This document shows, piece by piece, positions 40,379 through 49,229 of a stretch of 64,000 nucleotides of DNA. The notes beneath the pieces are model-generated. The model was not told the origin of the DNA and ran no database searches. It was given only the letters and a program-made list of their open reading frames with translations. The stretch's first letter is position 1; the number at the start of each line of letters is the position of its first letter. Position numbers and translations under genes: made by a program. The stretch comes from an uncultured Armatimonadia bacterium (GTDB lineage Bacteria; Armatimonadota; Zipacnadia; Zipacnadales; UBA11051): positions 59,990 to 123,989 of the forward strand of contig CAZJVY010000001.1 in assembly GCA_964549395.1 (NCBI GenBank). The letters run 5' to 3'.

Positions 40379-42094
40379 GTGCGAGTCAGTGATTTCTACA
40401 TTCCCACCTTGCGGGAGGCGCCTGCGGATGCGCAACTGCCCAGCGACAAGCTACTGCGGCGTGGGGGTTTCATCCGGCCGCTAGCGGCAGGGGTATTCAG
40501 CTATCTTCCGCTTGGCTACATCGTGCTGCGTCGCATCGAGCAGATAGTGCGGGAGGAGATGAATGCCGCCGGTGCGGTCGAGCTGTTCATGCCCGTGATG
40601 CAGCCGAAGGAGCTGTGGGAGCGAAGCGGCCGCTGGGATACCTTCGAGCCCCAGCCGCTGCGGTTCAAGGACCGTGGGGGCCGGGAATTCTGCATGGGAC
40701 CGACGCACGAGGAGGTAATCACGTCGCTGGTGGCCGAGGACGTGAGTTCATACAAGCAGTTGCCGGTGACGCTGTACCAGATTCAGACCAAGTTCCGGGA
40801 CGAGATTCGTGCCCGTGGCGGCCTCATCAGGGTGAAAGAATTCACGATGAAGGACGCCTACAGCTTCGACATGGACAGGGCCGGACTCGATGTATCGTAC
40901 GACAAGATGTACGACGCCTACGTCAAGATATTCGAGCGCTGTGGACTGGAGACGGAGATCGTGCGGGCCGATGCCGGCTCGATGGGGGGGTTCGACACTC
41001 GCGAGTTCATGGTCCTGTGTGAGAATGGCGAGGACAGTGTCTTCAAGTGTGATAGGTGCGAGTATGCCAGCAACGGAGAGTGCGCGTCGTACCGCCCGCC
41101 GGAGGTGCTTGCAGAAGGGAAGCGGGCGGGGAATGCCGAGACTGTTGATACCCCTGGTGCCAAGACCATCGAGGCCGTCAGCAAGATGCTTCAAGTTGCG
41201 CCGGACAGGCTGGTGAAGACGCTGCTGTATCGTGCCGGCGATGGATTTGCTGCGGCGCTTGTGCGGGGCGATCGCGAGCTTAACGAAGCAAAGCTGGCCA
41301 ATCGCCTGCAGACGGATGAACTGCGCATGGCAAACGAGGAGGAGGTACGCAGCCTGAGCGGAGCCGAGGTGGGCTACGCAGGACCCATCGGCCTGCCGGA
41401 GGAGGTGCGGATCATCGCCGACCATGAGGTCGCTGCGATGCGTGATTTCGTCGTAGGCGCAAACAAGACGGATGCGCACATCGTCGGCGCGAATGTCGGA
41501 ATTGACTTCCATGTCGGCGAGTACACCGATCTGCGGCATGTAGTTGAGGGGGACCCGTGTCCGGAATGTGCGAGCGGGCACCTAGAGAGCTTCCGCGCCA
41601 TTGAGGCGGGGCACATCTTCAAGCTCGGCACGAAGTACTCGGAGGCTCTGGGAGCGCTGGTGCAGGACGAAAGCGGCCGGCAGCGCCCGATAGTGATGGG
41701 TTGCTACGGCATCGGGGTGAGCCGCCTGATGGCGGCAATCGTGGAGCAGTCACATGATGAGAAGGGGATCATCTGGCCGCGAGCTGTTGCGCCGTTCGAG
41801 GTGGTCGTACTGCTCCTGGAGTCAAGCGATGCGGAGTTGTCTACGGCGGCGCAGAGGCTGCATGATGAGCTGTGCGGGAGTGGCATCCGGGTGCTGCTGG
41901 ATGATCGGGAGGAGCGGGCCGGCGTCAAGTTCCACGACGCAGAACTGGTCGGCTATCCCATGCGAGTCGTGCTGGGGAAGCGCACCAGGGAGTCCGGGAG
42001 ACTCGAGGTGCAACTGCGCAGGGATGGAGAGCAGTTGAGTATCTGCGCCGAGACGGCGGGTGAGGCGATCATAGAGCTATTGGAGGGCCTGTAG
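40379..42094 (+). CDS. proS: Proline--tRNA ligase (bacterial type with editing insertion)
   Basis: PTLRE.P, GPTHEE, KFRDE.R.R.G..R.KEF.MKD, MGCYGIGVSR. Confidence 0.97.
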   Translation: MRVSDFYIPTLREAPADAQLPSDKLLRRGGFIRPLAAGVFSYLPLGYIVLRRIEQIVREEMNAAGAVELFMPVMQPKELWERSGRWDTFEPQPLRFKDRGGREFCMGPTHEEVITSLVAEDVSSYKQLPVTLYQIQTKFRDEIRARGGLIRVKEFTMKDAYSFDMDRAGLDVSYDKMYDAYVKIFERCGLETEIVRADAGSMGGFDTREFMVLCENGEDSVFKCDRCEYASNGECASYRPPEVLAEGKRAGNAETVDTPGAKTIEAVSKMLQVAPDRLVKTLLYRAGDGFAAALVRGDRELNEAKLANRLQTDELRMANEEEVRSLSGAEVGYAGPIGLPEEVRIIADHEVAAMRDFVVGANKTDAHIVGANVGIDFHVGEYTDLRHVVEGDPCPECASGHLESFRAIEAGHIFKLGTKYSEALGALVQDESGRQRPIVMGCYGIGVSRLMAAIVEQSHDEKGIIWPRAVAPFEVVVLLLESSDAELSTAAQRLHDELCGSGIRVLLDDREERAGVKFHDAELVGYPMRVVLGKRTRESGRLEVQLRRDGEQLSICAETAGEAIIELLEGL

Positions 42095-42122
42095 GCAACG
42101 ACTGCTTGACTGGAGGCGATGC

Positions 42123-42968
42123 ATGATGGGTGCGGGACCGGTACGTGAGCCAATCGTCGCCGGACAGTTTTATGAGGGACAAGCCGACGCCCTGCGACGC
42201 CAGATCGCGAGCTGTTATACCGGAGCGCGCGGGCCTGGCCGACTGCCTCAGGTGAACCCGAGCGGTCCGCGAGCGATTGTGGGGCTGGTGAGCCCACATG
42301 CCGGATACGTCTTCTCGGGTGCAATTGCGGCCCACGGGTTCTCACGCGTGGCGCAGGACGGAGTTCCCGATGCCGCAGTAATCATCGGTCCCAGTCACCG
42401 CAGCCCGGTACCGGCGCTGCAGACGACGGGCAGTTGGCGCACGCCGCTGGGGGATGTGCCGATCCACGAGCAACTGGCCGGTGCGATTGCCGAGCGACTG
42501 CCACGGTTTCATGACGGGCCGGATGGCTTCTCCAGCGAGCATAGCATCGAGGTGCAGGTACCGTTCGTGCAGCACTTGTATGGGGATTCGTGCGCGATTG
42601 TGCCGATCATGGTAGCACGCCAGGATGCGGCCGAGAGCCGCCAGGTCGGAGAAGCGATTGCTGCGGCGGCTGTGGAGACGGACGTGCTGATCATCGCCAG
42701 CACCGACATGACCCACTACGAGCCGGCCGAGATGGCGATGGCGCAAGACAAGATACTGATTTCGCTGATGGAGAGGATGGACGCGGAGGGACTGCTGCGA
42801 ACCCGGCCGGACATCAGCATGTGCGGCCGTGGGCCGGTGGCGGCCATGCTGATTGCGGGGTCGGCATTGGGTGCAACGCGGGCCGAAATGGGGGCGTACG
42901 GCCATTCCGGAGAGGTGATTGCAGGCTCCGGCGTGGTCGGATATGTGTCAGTTGTGGTAAGCAGATAA
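42123..42968 (+). CDS. amrB: AmmeMemoRadiSam system protein B (MEMO1 family)
   Basis: AG.FY, PHAGY.FSG, GPSH, EHSIEVQ.PF, STD.THY, MCG.GP, VVGY. Confidence 0.92.
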   Translation: MMGAGPVREPIVAGQFYEGQADALRRQIASCYTGARGPGRLPQVNPSGPRAIVGLVSPHAGYVFSGAIAAHGFSRVAQDGVPDAAVIIGPSHRSPVPALQTTGSWRTPLGDVPIHEQLAGAIAERLPRFHDGPDGFSSEHSIEVQVPFVQHLYGDSCAIVPIMVARQDAAESRQVGEAIAAAAVETDVLIIASTDMTHYEPAEMAMAQDKILISLMERMDAEGLLRTRPDISMCGRGPVAAMLIAGSALGATRAEMGAYGHSGEVIAGSGVVGYVSVVVSR

Positions 42969-43014
42969 GCCGTCAAGAGAGCGAGAATCGTGGAAACCGA
43001 TTCTCCTTGACGGC
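42969..43014. repeat. Interrupted 17-bp inverted repeat (terminator or operator) overlapping a -35 box
   Basis: GCCGTCAAG/CTTGACGGC plus GAGAATCG/CGATTCTC, immediately after the amrB stop. Confidence 0.75.
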
Positions 43015-43035
43015 ATCCGAGTTGTCCACTATAAT
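43007..43035 (+). promoter_or_regulatory. Near-consensus sigma70 promoter
   Basis: TTGACG-17 bp-TATAAT. Confidence 0.88.
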
Positions 43036-43041
43036 GCCTAC

Positions 43042-43190
43042 AGTCAAACCACTGAGTCGCCGCACTCATCGTCGCAGCAATCCCCACAGACCTGGGTTCG
43101 ACAATGAACGGGTTCATTCCCGATAGCACGGGCGGGGTCCATATGTGTCGCCACATAACACATAGTGCCGGCAGGCCCAAGCAGTGCAAG
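43042..43190 (+). ncRNA. Candidate structured ncRNA, 6S RNA-like rod with central bubble
   Basis: Manual pairing: 43050-54/43182-86, 43059-66/43164-72, 43082-85/43134-37, 43094-96/43119-21, apical 43103-08/43113-18; starts just downstream of a consensus promoter. Not checked by covariance model. Confidence 0.45.
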
Positions 43191-43210
43191 GTCGCCGCGA
43201 GGTGGGGCGA

Positions 43211-43678
43211 ATGACGTGGCTTGACTTCTTGACCATAGGGCTGTGCCTGATTATGATGGTCATAGAGGTCAAACGCGGTGCAGTCTGCGCGATCATCGAC
43301 ACTGTCGGAATCTGGATCGGCCTCAAGATAGCCGCCCTCTCCTTCCAAGGCATGTCCTCCCCGCAATTCTCACAGTCCGCTGCCTACCTGACCATATTCC
43401 TGGTGTTTGCGGCAGTCACGATCGTCATTTCCAGTCTTGTGCAGCGACAGCTCAAGTCGGACCTCGGGCCATTTGACTCAACCATCGCGGCCGTTTTGGG
43501 TTTATTTGTCGGCCTATGCTTCTCGCACGTGTCGTTCGGTTTCAGCGCTCTGCACTTCGGTGTTGAGTACAAGGCCTTTGCGGATTCGGCGATGCGCGGG
43601 CAGGTCTATGAACTGCACGCAATCCGCGGTTTCCTGGACTTCATGAGTCGAATCGGCAGTAGCGACGTGGCCGGCTAG
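43211..43678 (+). CDS. cvpA: CvpA (colicin V production)-family membrane protein
   Basis: M.WLD......G pattern, D......LG...G, four TM segments. Confidence 0.72.
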   Translation: MTWLDFLTIGLCLIMMVIEVKRGAVCAIIDTVGIWIGLKIAALSFQGMSSPQFSQSAAYLTIFLVFAAVTIVISSLVQRQLKSDLGPFDSTIAAVLGLFVGLCFSHVSFGFSALHFGVEYKAFADSAMRGQVYELHAIRGFLDFMSRIGSSDVAG

Positions 43679-43788
43679 TGGTGGCTTCGAGAAGTCCACG
43701 ATGTGATGGCGTCGCGGAGGACAGGCAGGGATGCCTGTCCTCCGCGGAACAGCCGGGACGCGGACTTGCGCACGTGACTGATAGAGAC

Positions 43789-44223
43789 ATGACAGGCATG
43801 AACAACGCGGTCGCCAAGAGAGAGTATGACCTGTCCGACGTGGATTTGCTGCGGGAGCGCATGGGCGTTGGCTATAGGAATGCTCGGGACGCGCTGGAAG
43901 CTGCGGACGGCAACGTGGTGGATGCTCTGGTTTGGCTTGAGGAGAATACCGGTGCCTCAGACGCGGACCTGAATGCCTTCGGAGAACGTATAGCGGAGAA
44001 AGTAAGGGAGGTGATGGCCGGGCGCGAGATAACGGACATCCGGATGACACTCTTGGATAAGATGGTATGCCAGTTTACAACGGCTCTCGGGGGACGCGCC
44101 GCGGCAGTGGCGGTAGTGCTGGGGGAGCTCATCTCGCATTGCTGTATCGAACTGCAGTATGGTCCAGTTGGCGAGTCGGAACCATCAGACGGTGATGTGA
44201 GTCTGAACCATTCAGGAGACTGA
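43789..44223 (+). CDS. DUF4342-like protein with N-terminal EF-Ts/UBA-like domain
   Basis: VD.LRERMGV.Y..ARDALEAADGNVVDAL.WLE resembles the UBA-like N-terminus of clostridial DUF4342 proteins. Confidence 0.7.
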   Translation: MTGMNNAVAKREYDLSDVDLLRERMGVGYRNARDALEAADGNVVDALVWLEENTGASDADLNAFGERIAEKVREVMAGREITDIRMTLLDKMVCQFTTALGGRAAAVAVVLGELISHCCIELQYGPVGESEPSDGDVSLNHSGD

Positions 44224-44234
44224 GGAGCCGAAGC

Positions 44235-44921
44235 ATGGTCAATCCTGCCGAGTTCTTTCGCGAGGCGGCCCAGCGGAGACGGGCGCTTCCGTATCAACCT
44301 CTTTCCGACGAAGAACTGGTGCGACGGGCGCAGGATGAACAGGATACAGAAGCTTGTGAGTATTTGTTGTACAAGTACCGGAACCTGGTTAGATCGAAAG
44401 TGAAGTCGTACTTCCTACAGGGGGCCGAGCGGGACGATCTGCTGCAGATCGGTCTCATCGGGCTCTGGGAAGCGATAACGGACTTCAAGGCAGACCGCCA
44501 CACCTCGTTTGCGTGCTTCGCCAAGGTGTGTATCCAGCGGCAAATGATCTCGGCCATCAAGGCGGCTACCCGTCAGAAGCAGACGCCCCTGAATTCCTCG
44601 ATTTCTCTGGAGGCCCCGCCGAATGGTGACGAGGAGGACCGCGGGCTGGCGGAGGTGCTGAATGCGGACACGCACATAGACCCGCAGACGCTGGTACTGG
44701 GTAGGGAAGGCGAGCGAGTACTCAAGGAGACACTGCGCGACGAGCTCTCGCCGTTCGAGTGGGAGGTGCTCTCCGAGTACCAGACGGGCAAGTCGTACAA
44801 GGAGATGGCCAGCGTACTGAACTGCAAGATCAAGTCAATAGACAATGCGCTGTCGCGGATACGACGCAAGCTTCCGAAGGTCGCGCCGGAACAGGCTGCG
44901 AGGCTGCGCACTGAAGAATAG
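44235..44921 (+). CDS. sigH: RNA polymerase sigma factor SigH (Spo0H orthologue)
   Basis: YFLQGAERDDLLQ.G.IGL, F..FAK.CI.RQ.ISAIKAATRQKQ.PLNS..SL, K.IDNAL.R.RRKL, all diagnostic of the B. subtilis SigH family. Confidence 0.92.
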   Translation: MVNPAEFFREAAQRRRALPYQPLSDEELVRRAQDEQDTEACEYLLYKYRNLVRSKVKSYFLQGAERDDLLQIGLIGLWEAITDFKADRHTSFACFAKVCIQRQMISAIKAATRQKQTPLNSSISLEAPPNGDEEDRGLAEVLNADTHIDPQTLVLGREGERVLKETLRDELSPFEWEVLSEYQTGKSYKEMASVLNCKIKSIDNALSRIRRKLPKVAPEQAARLRTEE

Positions 44922-44953
44922 GCGAGGACCGCATCGTTGGCGTACGTCAGATA

Positions 44954-44978
44954 ACGGCGCTCGGAGCAGGAGCGCCGT
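44954..44978 (+). terminator. Hairpin after sigH (probable terminator)
   Basis: ACGGCGCTC/GAGCGCCGT 9-bp stem followed by GTCATTTT. Confidence 0.6.
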
Positions 44979-45015
44979 GTCATTTTGCCTGAGGCGGAGG
45001 GCGGAGTGGAGAGCC

Positions 45016-45045
45016 TTGCAAAGGGAGCCCCTGACCTGCTAACCT
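45016..45045 (+). promoter_or_regulatory. Possible sigma70 promoter for glyQS
   Basis: TTGCAA-18 bp-TAACCT with a TGn extension. Confidence 0.45.
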
Positions 45046-45129
45046 GTAAGCTGGCGACGTTGCCGGGCTGACGATCCCCGACGAGGTTGCTGCCACGGGA
45101 CGGATGGGCCGGGCCCCCGGAGGTGTTGC

Positions 45130-45999
45130 ATGAACTACCAGCAGTTGATCTTCAGACTAGAGGAGTTCTGGGCCGAGCAGGGCTGCCTGATTCTGCAGCC
45201 ATATGATTGCCCGGTGGGCGCCGGCACGATGTGCCCGGCCACCTTCCTGTGGGCATTGGGGCCTGAGCCGACGAAGGTTGGGTACGTACAGCCATCGCGG
45301 CGGCCCAGTGATGGGCGCTACGGCGAGAACCCGAACCGCTTCCAGAAGCACCTGCAATATCAGGTGCTGCTGAAGCCGTCGCCGGCGGACGTTCAGGACA
45401 CCTATCTGGCCAGTCTGGCGGCAATCGGACTGGACCTGGCGAGCCATGACATCAAGTTCGTGGAGGATGACTGGGAGGCACCGACGCTGGGAGCCGCCGG
45501 TCTGGGGTGGGAAGTTCGTCTGGACGGCATGGAGATAACTCAGTTCACCTACTTCCAGCAAGTCGGCAGCCTGCCGTGCAAGCCCGTTGCGGTGGAGCTG
45601 ACCTACGGGCTGGGCCGGCTGGCGATGTATCTTCAAAACGTGGACGACTACCGCGACTTGAGGTACAGCGACACAGTGACGTGCGGCGAGATCAAATTCG
45701 AGGAAGAGCGGCAGTTTTCCATCTACAATTTCGAAGCGGCTGACGTGGAAATGCTGTGGAAGCTTTTCGACATGTATGAGGCGGAGGCGTTGCGGCTCGT
45801 GAAGCAGGGCCTCCCGCTTCCCGCGTATGACTACGTGCTTGGCTGCTCGCACACGTTCAACCTGCTGGAAGCGCGGGGTGCGATCTCGATAACGGAACGC
45901 CCCGGAATGATCGAGCGGGTGCGCGACCTGGCGCGGGATGTGGCAAAGGTCTACATCCGCCATCGCGAGGAGTTGGGCTTTCCACTATTGACATCGTGA
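45130..45999 (+). CDS. glyQ: Glycine--tRNA ligase alpha subunit
   Basis: [56 protein letters not shown]. Confidence 0.98.
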   Translation: MNYQQLIFRLEEFWAEQGCLILQPYDCPVGAGTMCPATFLWALGPEPTKVGYVQPSRRPSDGRYGENPNRFQKHLQYQVLLKPSPADVQDTYLASLAAIGLDLASHDIKFVEDDWEAPTLGAAGLGWEVRLDGMEITQFTYFQQVGSLPCKPVAVELTYGLGRLAMYLQNVDDYRDLRYSDTVTCGEIKFEEERQFSIYNFEAADVEMLWKLFDMYEAEALRLVKQGLPLPAYDYVLGCSHTFNLLEARGAISITERPGMIERVRDLARDVAKVYIRHREELGFPLLTS

Positions 46000-46038
46000 G
46001 GCGCAGAATGACACGCATGCACGAAATGGAGTATGCAT

Positions 46039-48138
46039 ATGCCTGACCTGCTGTTTGAGATAGGTGCCGAGGAGATGCCCGGGCATGCCGTGCTGCCGGC
46101 GTTGACGCAGATGGAGCGGCTGATTGCCGAGTGCCTCCAGCGGCTGCGGCTGTCGCACGGACAGGTGAGCAGCTACGGCACGCCACGGCGGTTGGCGTTG
46201 GTTGTGAAGGATGTTGCCGACCGCCAGCCGGACCGCGAGGTCGAATACAAGGGGCCACCGGCGGCGCGAGCCTTCACCGAAGGCGGCGACCCCACGGATG
46301 CGGCCTTCGGGTTCGCCAATGCGCGAGGGGTCGCTGTCAACGATTTGACGATAAAGAAGACGGAGAACGGCATTTTCGCCTTCGCTACGGTGAAGGAGCA
46401 AGGCAAGCCGGCGAAGGAAGTGCTGCCCGGACCTCTGGGTGAGATCATTACGTCGCTCACCTTTCCCAAGACCATGCGCTGGGCCGACCTGGATGTGCGG
46501 TTTATCCGGGCGATACGCTGGCTGGTGGCGATGCTGGGGGGAGAGGTCCTACCTGTTGAGGTGGGCGATGTAGCAGCCGGCAATGTTACGCGCGGCCATC
46601 GCGTGCTGGGTCCCGTGTCAGTTACACTCACCGACGCGTCCGAGTATGTGGCACAACTGGAGAAAGCGCATGTGATTGCCGACCACAGGCGAAGGCGCGA
46701 GACGATCATCCAGCAGGCTCAGGCGGCAGCGGCGGAATTCAACGGTACGGCCGTGCTGCGCGGCGCAATCGTTGAGGAGAACAACTTCATGGCGGAGTGG
46801 CCCGTGTGCATAGTCGGGAGCTTCGGCGAGCGGTACCTGGAGCTGCCGGACGAGGTAGTCGCCATGGTCATGGAAAAGCACCAGGGCTACTTCCCGGTAG
46901 CCGCCGAGAGCGGCGCGCTAATGGCCAAGTTCATCATAGTGGCCAATGTCGGGAAAGATGCGGCGGACATCGTACGTGCTGGCAACGAGAAGGTGATCGA
47001 GGCACGCCTGGCGGATGCGGAATTCTACATTCGGGAGGACACGAAGACAAGCCCGGAGCAGGCGCTGGAAAAGCTGAGGCGCGTCACGTTCCTGGAGAAC
47101 CTCGGTACGCTGTACGACAAGACGATGCGGCTGCAGGTGCTGGTGAAGTGGCTAGGCGAGCGTGTGGGCGCCGACAAGCAAGAGCTTGCGGCGTTCCAGC
47201 GGGCGGCGCTGCTGAGCAAGACCGACCAGGTCACGCAGATGATCGGAGACACGAAGCTTGCGGAGCTGCAGGGGACGATCGGGGCCTACTACGCGGTTGC
47301 CGCTGGTGAGGACCAAGTGGTCGCCGACGCCATCGCCGAGCAGTACATGCCGGTAGGTGCGGATGGCGCCCTGCCGGCCAGCGTCGGGGCCGCGCTGCTG
47401 GCCATCGCGGACAAGATTGACAACCTGGCGTCATCATTCTATCTGGGCATGGAGCCAAGTGGCACCAAAGACCCGATGGGTCTGCGGCGCCAGGCACAGG
47501 GCATCATCGCGATAGCGTTCGACCGCAGAATCCACTTCTCGTTTGACGATATCGTCAGCCTTGACATGGGACTGCTGCCGGAGGTGAAGGATGAGGATGC
47601 CCCGAGCATCTCGGAGGCGGCGGAGCGGTTGAAGGCGTTGATGGCATCGCGCTTGGAGAGCGCTCTGGAGGCTGCCGGAGTCGGCTATGACATAGTCCGA
47701 GCGGTTCTTGCGACGAAATGGAACGATGTTGTCGAAGTGATGGAGAGAGGGCAGGCGCTGGCGAAGATCCGCGCCGAAGACACCGAATTCGAGGCGGCTG
47801 TGGATACGGCGACGCGGCCTGCGAACATAGTCCGGCCCACCAACCTGGCACCAGGTGTGGACGTGGAGCCGGCGCTCTTCGTGGAGCCGATAGAGGAACG
47901 GCTGTGGGACGCCTACGAGGAGACAGCCGAGGAGGTCAAGGCCGCGCTGAGTGACAGCGCCGACTATGGCGGTGTCTGGGAGGCCCTGAAGAGCCTGCGC
48001 AAGCCGATAGACGAGTACTTCCTCCAGGTGATGGTGAACGTTGAGGATGACAAGCTGCGAACCAATCGGCTGGCGTTGATGCGGAGATTGGATCGTCTTT
48101 ACATGAAGCTGGCGGATTTCACCGAGATTGTGCAGTAG
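46039..48138 (+). CDS. glyS: Glycine--tRNA ligase beta subunit
   Basis: LLFEIGAEEMP, TPRRLA, K.MRW, GNEKVI.ARL.DA, DP.GLRR, NRLAL. Confidence 0.96.
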   Translation: MPDLLFEIGAEEMPGHAVLPALTQMERLIAECLQRLRLSHGQVSSYGTPRRLALVVKDVADRQPDREVEYKGPPAARAFTEGGDPTDAAFGFANARGVAVNDLTIKKTENGIFAFATVKEQGKPAKEVLPGPLGEIITSLTFPKTMRWADLDVRFIRAIRWLVAMLGGEVLPVEVGDVAAGNVTRGHRVLGPVSVTLTDASEYVAQLEKAHVIADHRRRRETIIQQAQAAAAEFNGTAVLRGAIVEENNFMAEWPVCIVGSFGERYLELPDEVVAMVMEKHQGYFPVAAESGALMAKFIIVANVGKDAADIVRAGNEKVIEARLADAEFYIREDTKTSPEQALEKLRRVTFLENLGTLYDKTMRLQVLVKWLGERVGADKQELAAFQRAALLSKTDQVTQMIGDTKLAELQGTIGAYYAVAAGEDQVVADAIAEQYMPVGADGALPASVGAALLAIADKIDNLASSFYLGMEPSGTKDPMGLRRQAQGIIAIAFDRRIHFSFDDIVSLDMGLLPEVKDEDAPSISEAAERLKALMASRLESALEAAGVGYDIVRAVLATKWNDVVEVMERGQALAKIRAEDTEFEAAVDTATRPANIVRPTNLAPGVDVEPALFVEPIEERLWDAYEETAEEVKAALSDSADYGGVWEALKSLRKPIDEYFLQVMVNVEDDKLRTNRLALMRRLDRLYMKLADFTEIVQ

Positions 48139-48144
48139 GCCATC

Positions 48145-49197
48145 ATGCAGGTGCGCGAACGTCTCGAGGAGCTTGAACGCCAGAACTTGTCACCCCATGC
48201 GACGCTGAGCGCGGAGTCCAAAGGCCGCCGGGCGCCGGAAGCGCCTTGCCCGGTGCGCACGTGCTTCCAGCGCGACCGCGACCGCATCATCCACCTGTGC
48301 CGGGCGTTCCGGCGCCTTGCTCACAAGACGCAGGTCTTCATCTCTCCGCGAGAAGACCACCTCAGGACGCGCCTGTCTCATACTCTGGAAGTCTCCCAGA
48401 TCGCACGCACGATTGCCAAGGCGTTGCGCCTGAATGAGGACCTGACCGAGGCGATTGCCCTGGCCCACGATGTCGGCCATACACCATACGGACACTCCGG
48501 TGAGGCGGCCCTGGATGAGGCGTACCGCAGATACGACGCGGGCGCTTCGTTCAAGCACCAGGAGCATAGTTTGAGGGTGGTAAGCGAGCTGGAACGCGAT
48601 GGCGCAGGGCTTAACCTGACACTGGAGACGCTTGAGGGGATCGCTCTGCACAGCAAGGGGCAGACGGATCTGGCTTCGCTGCTCGCAGCGCCTCTACAGT
48701 CTTCGGTCGAGGCGCTTGTGCTGAGTGTATCCGACCGCATCGCGTATCTGAACCACGACCTGGATGACTGTCTGCGGGCCGGGGTTCTGGCGCCGGGGGA
48801 TTTGCCTGCCGGCCTGATGGAATCGCTGGGCTGGAGCCACAGCGCGCGGGTCGGGACGATGGTGGAGGACCTGATTCAGCACAGCATTGAGCAGCCATGC
48901 CTGCGGATGAGCGCTGCGGTGCTGGAGGCGACCGATGCGCTGAAGTGCTTCATGTTCGAGACGGTGTACTCGCGGCCGGAGCTACTGGATGATTGTAAGA
49001 AGGTCCGGGGCATCGTCGGCGGGCTGTTCGATGTGTACATGTCCAGCGATACCGCGCTGTTCGAGGCGTGTGGGTACGTGCCTGATGACCCGGCGCGGCG
49101 CGCGCGCCTGGTCTGCGACTACATCGCGGGGATGACGGATCGGTTCGCCGCCGAGCAGTACAGCAAGCACTTTCTCCCCTCAAGCTTCCCCTTCTGA
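48145..49197 (+). CDS. dgt: Deoxyguanosinetriphosphate triphosphohydrolase (HD family)
   Basis: FQRDRDRI, KTQVF, RTRLSHTLEV, HDVGHTPYGH.GE, DYIAGMTD. Confidence 0.93.
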   Translation: MQVRERLEELERQNLSPHATLSAESKGRRAPEAPCPVRTCFQRDRDRIIHLCRAFRRLAHKTQVFISPREDHLRTRLSHTLEVSQIARTIAKALRLNEDLTEAIALAHDVGHTPYGHSGEAALDEAYRRYDAGASFKHQEHSLRVVSELERDGAGLNLTLETLEGIALHSKGQTDLASLLAAPLQSSVEALVLSVSDRIAYLNHDLDDCLRAGVLAPGDLPAGLMESLGWSHSARVGTMVEDLIQHSIEQPCLRMSAAVLEATDALKCFMFETVYSRPELLDDCKKVRGIVGGLFDVYMSSDTALFEACGYVPDDPARRARLVCDYIAGMTDRFAAEQYSKHFLPSSFPF

Positions 49198-49229
49198 GAA
49201 GTCACTCATGCTAATCACCGGCGTACCTG

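Noticed and set aside
43104-43214. 36-codon uORF (MNGFIP...RWGE) with ATGA overlap onto cvpA
   Set aside because: No RBS and no informative codon run; the RNA-structure explanation fits better. Ribosome profiling would be needed to revive it.
44922-45129. Possible T-box or glycine riboswitch upstream of glyQS
   Set aside because: No T-box consensus (AAGGTGGTACCGCG-like) or antiterminator and no glycine-aptamer motifs found; the same holds upstream of proS.
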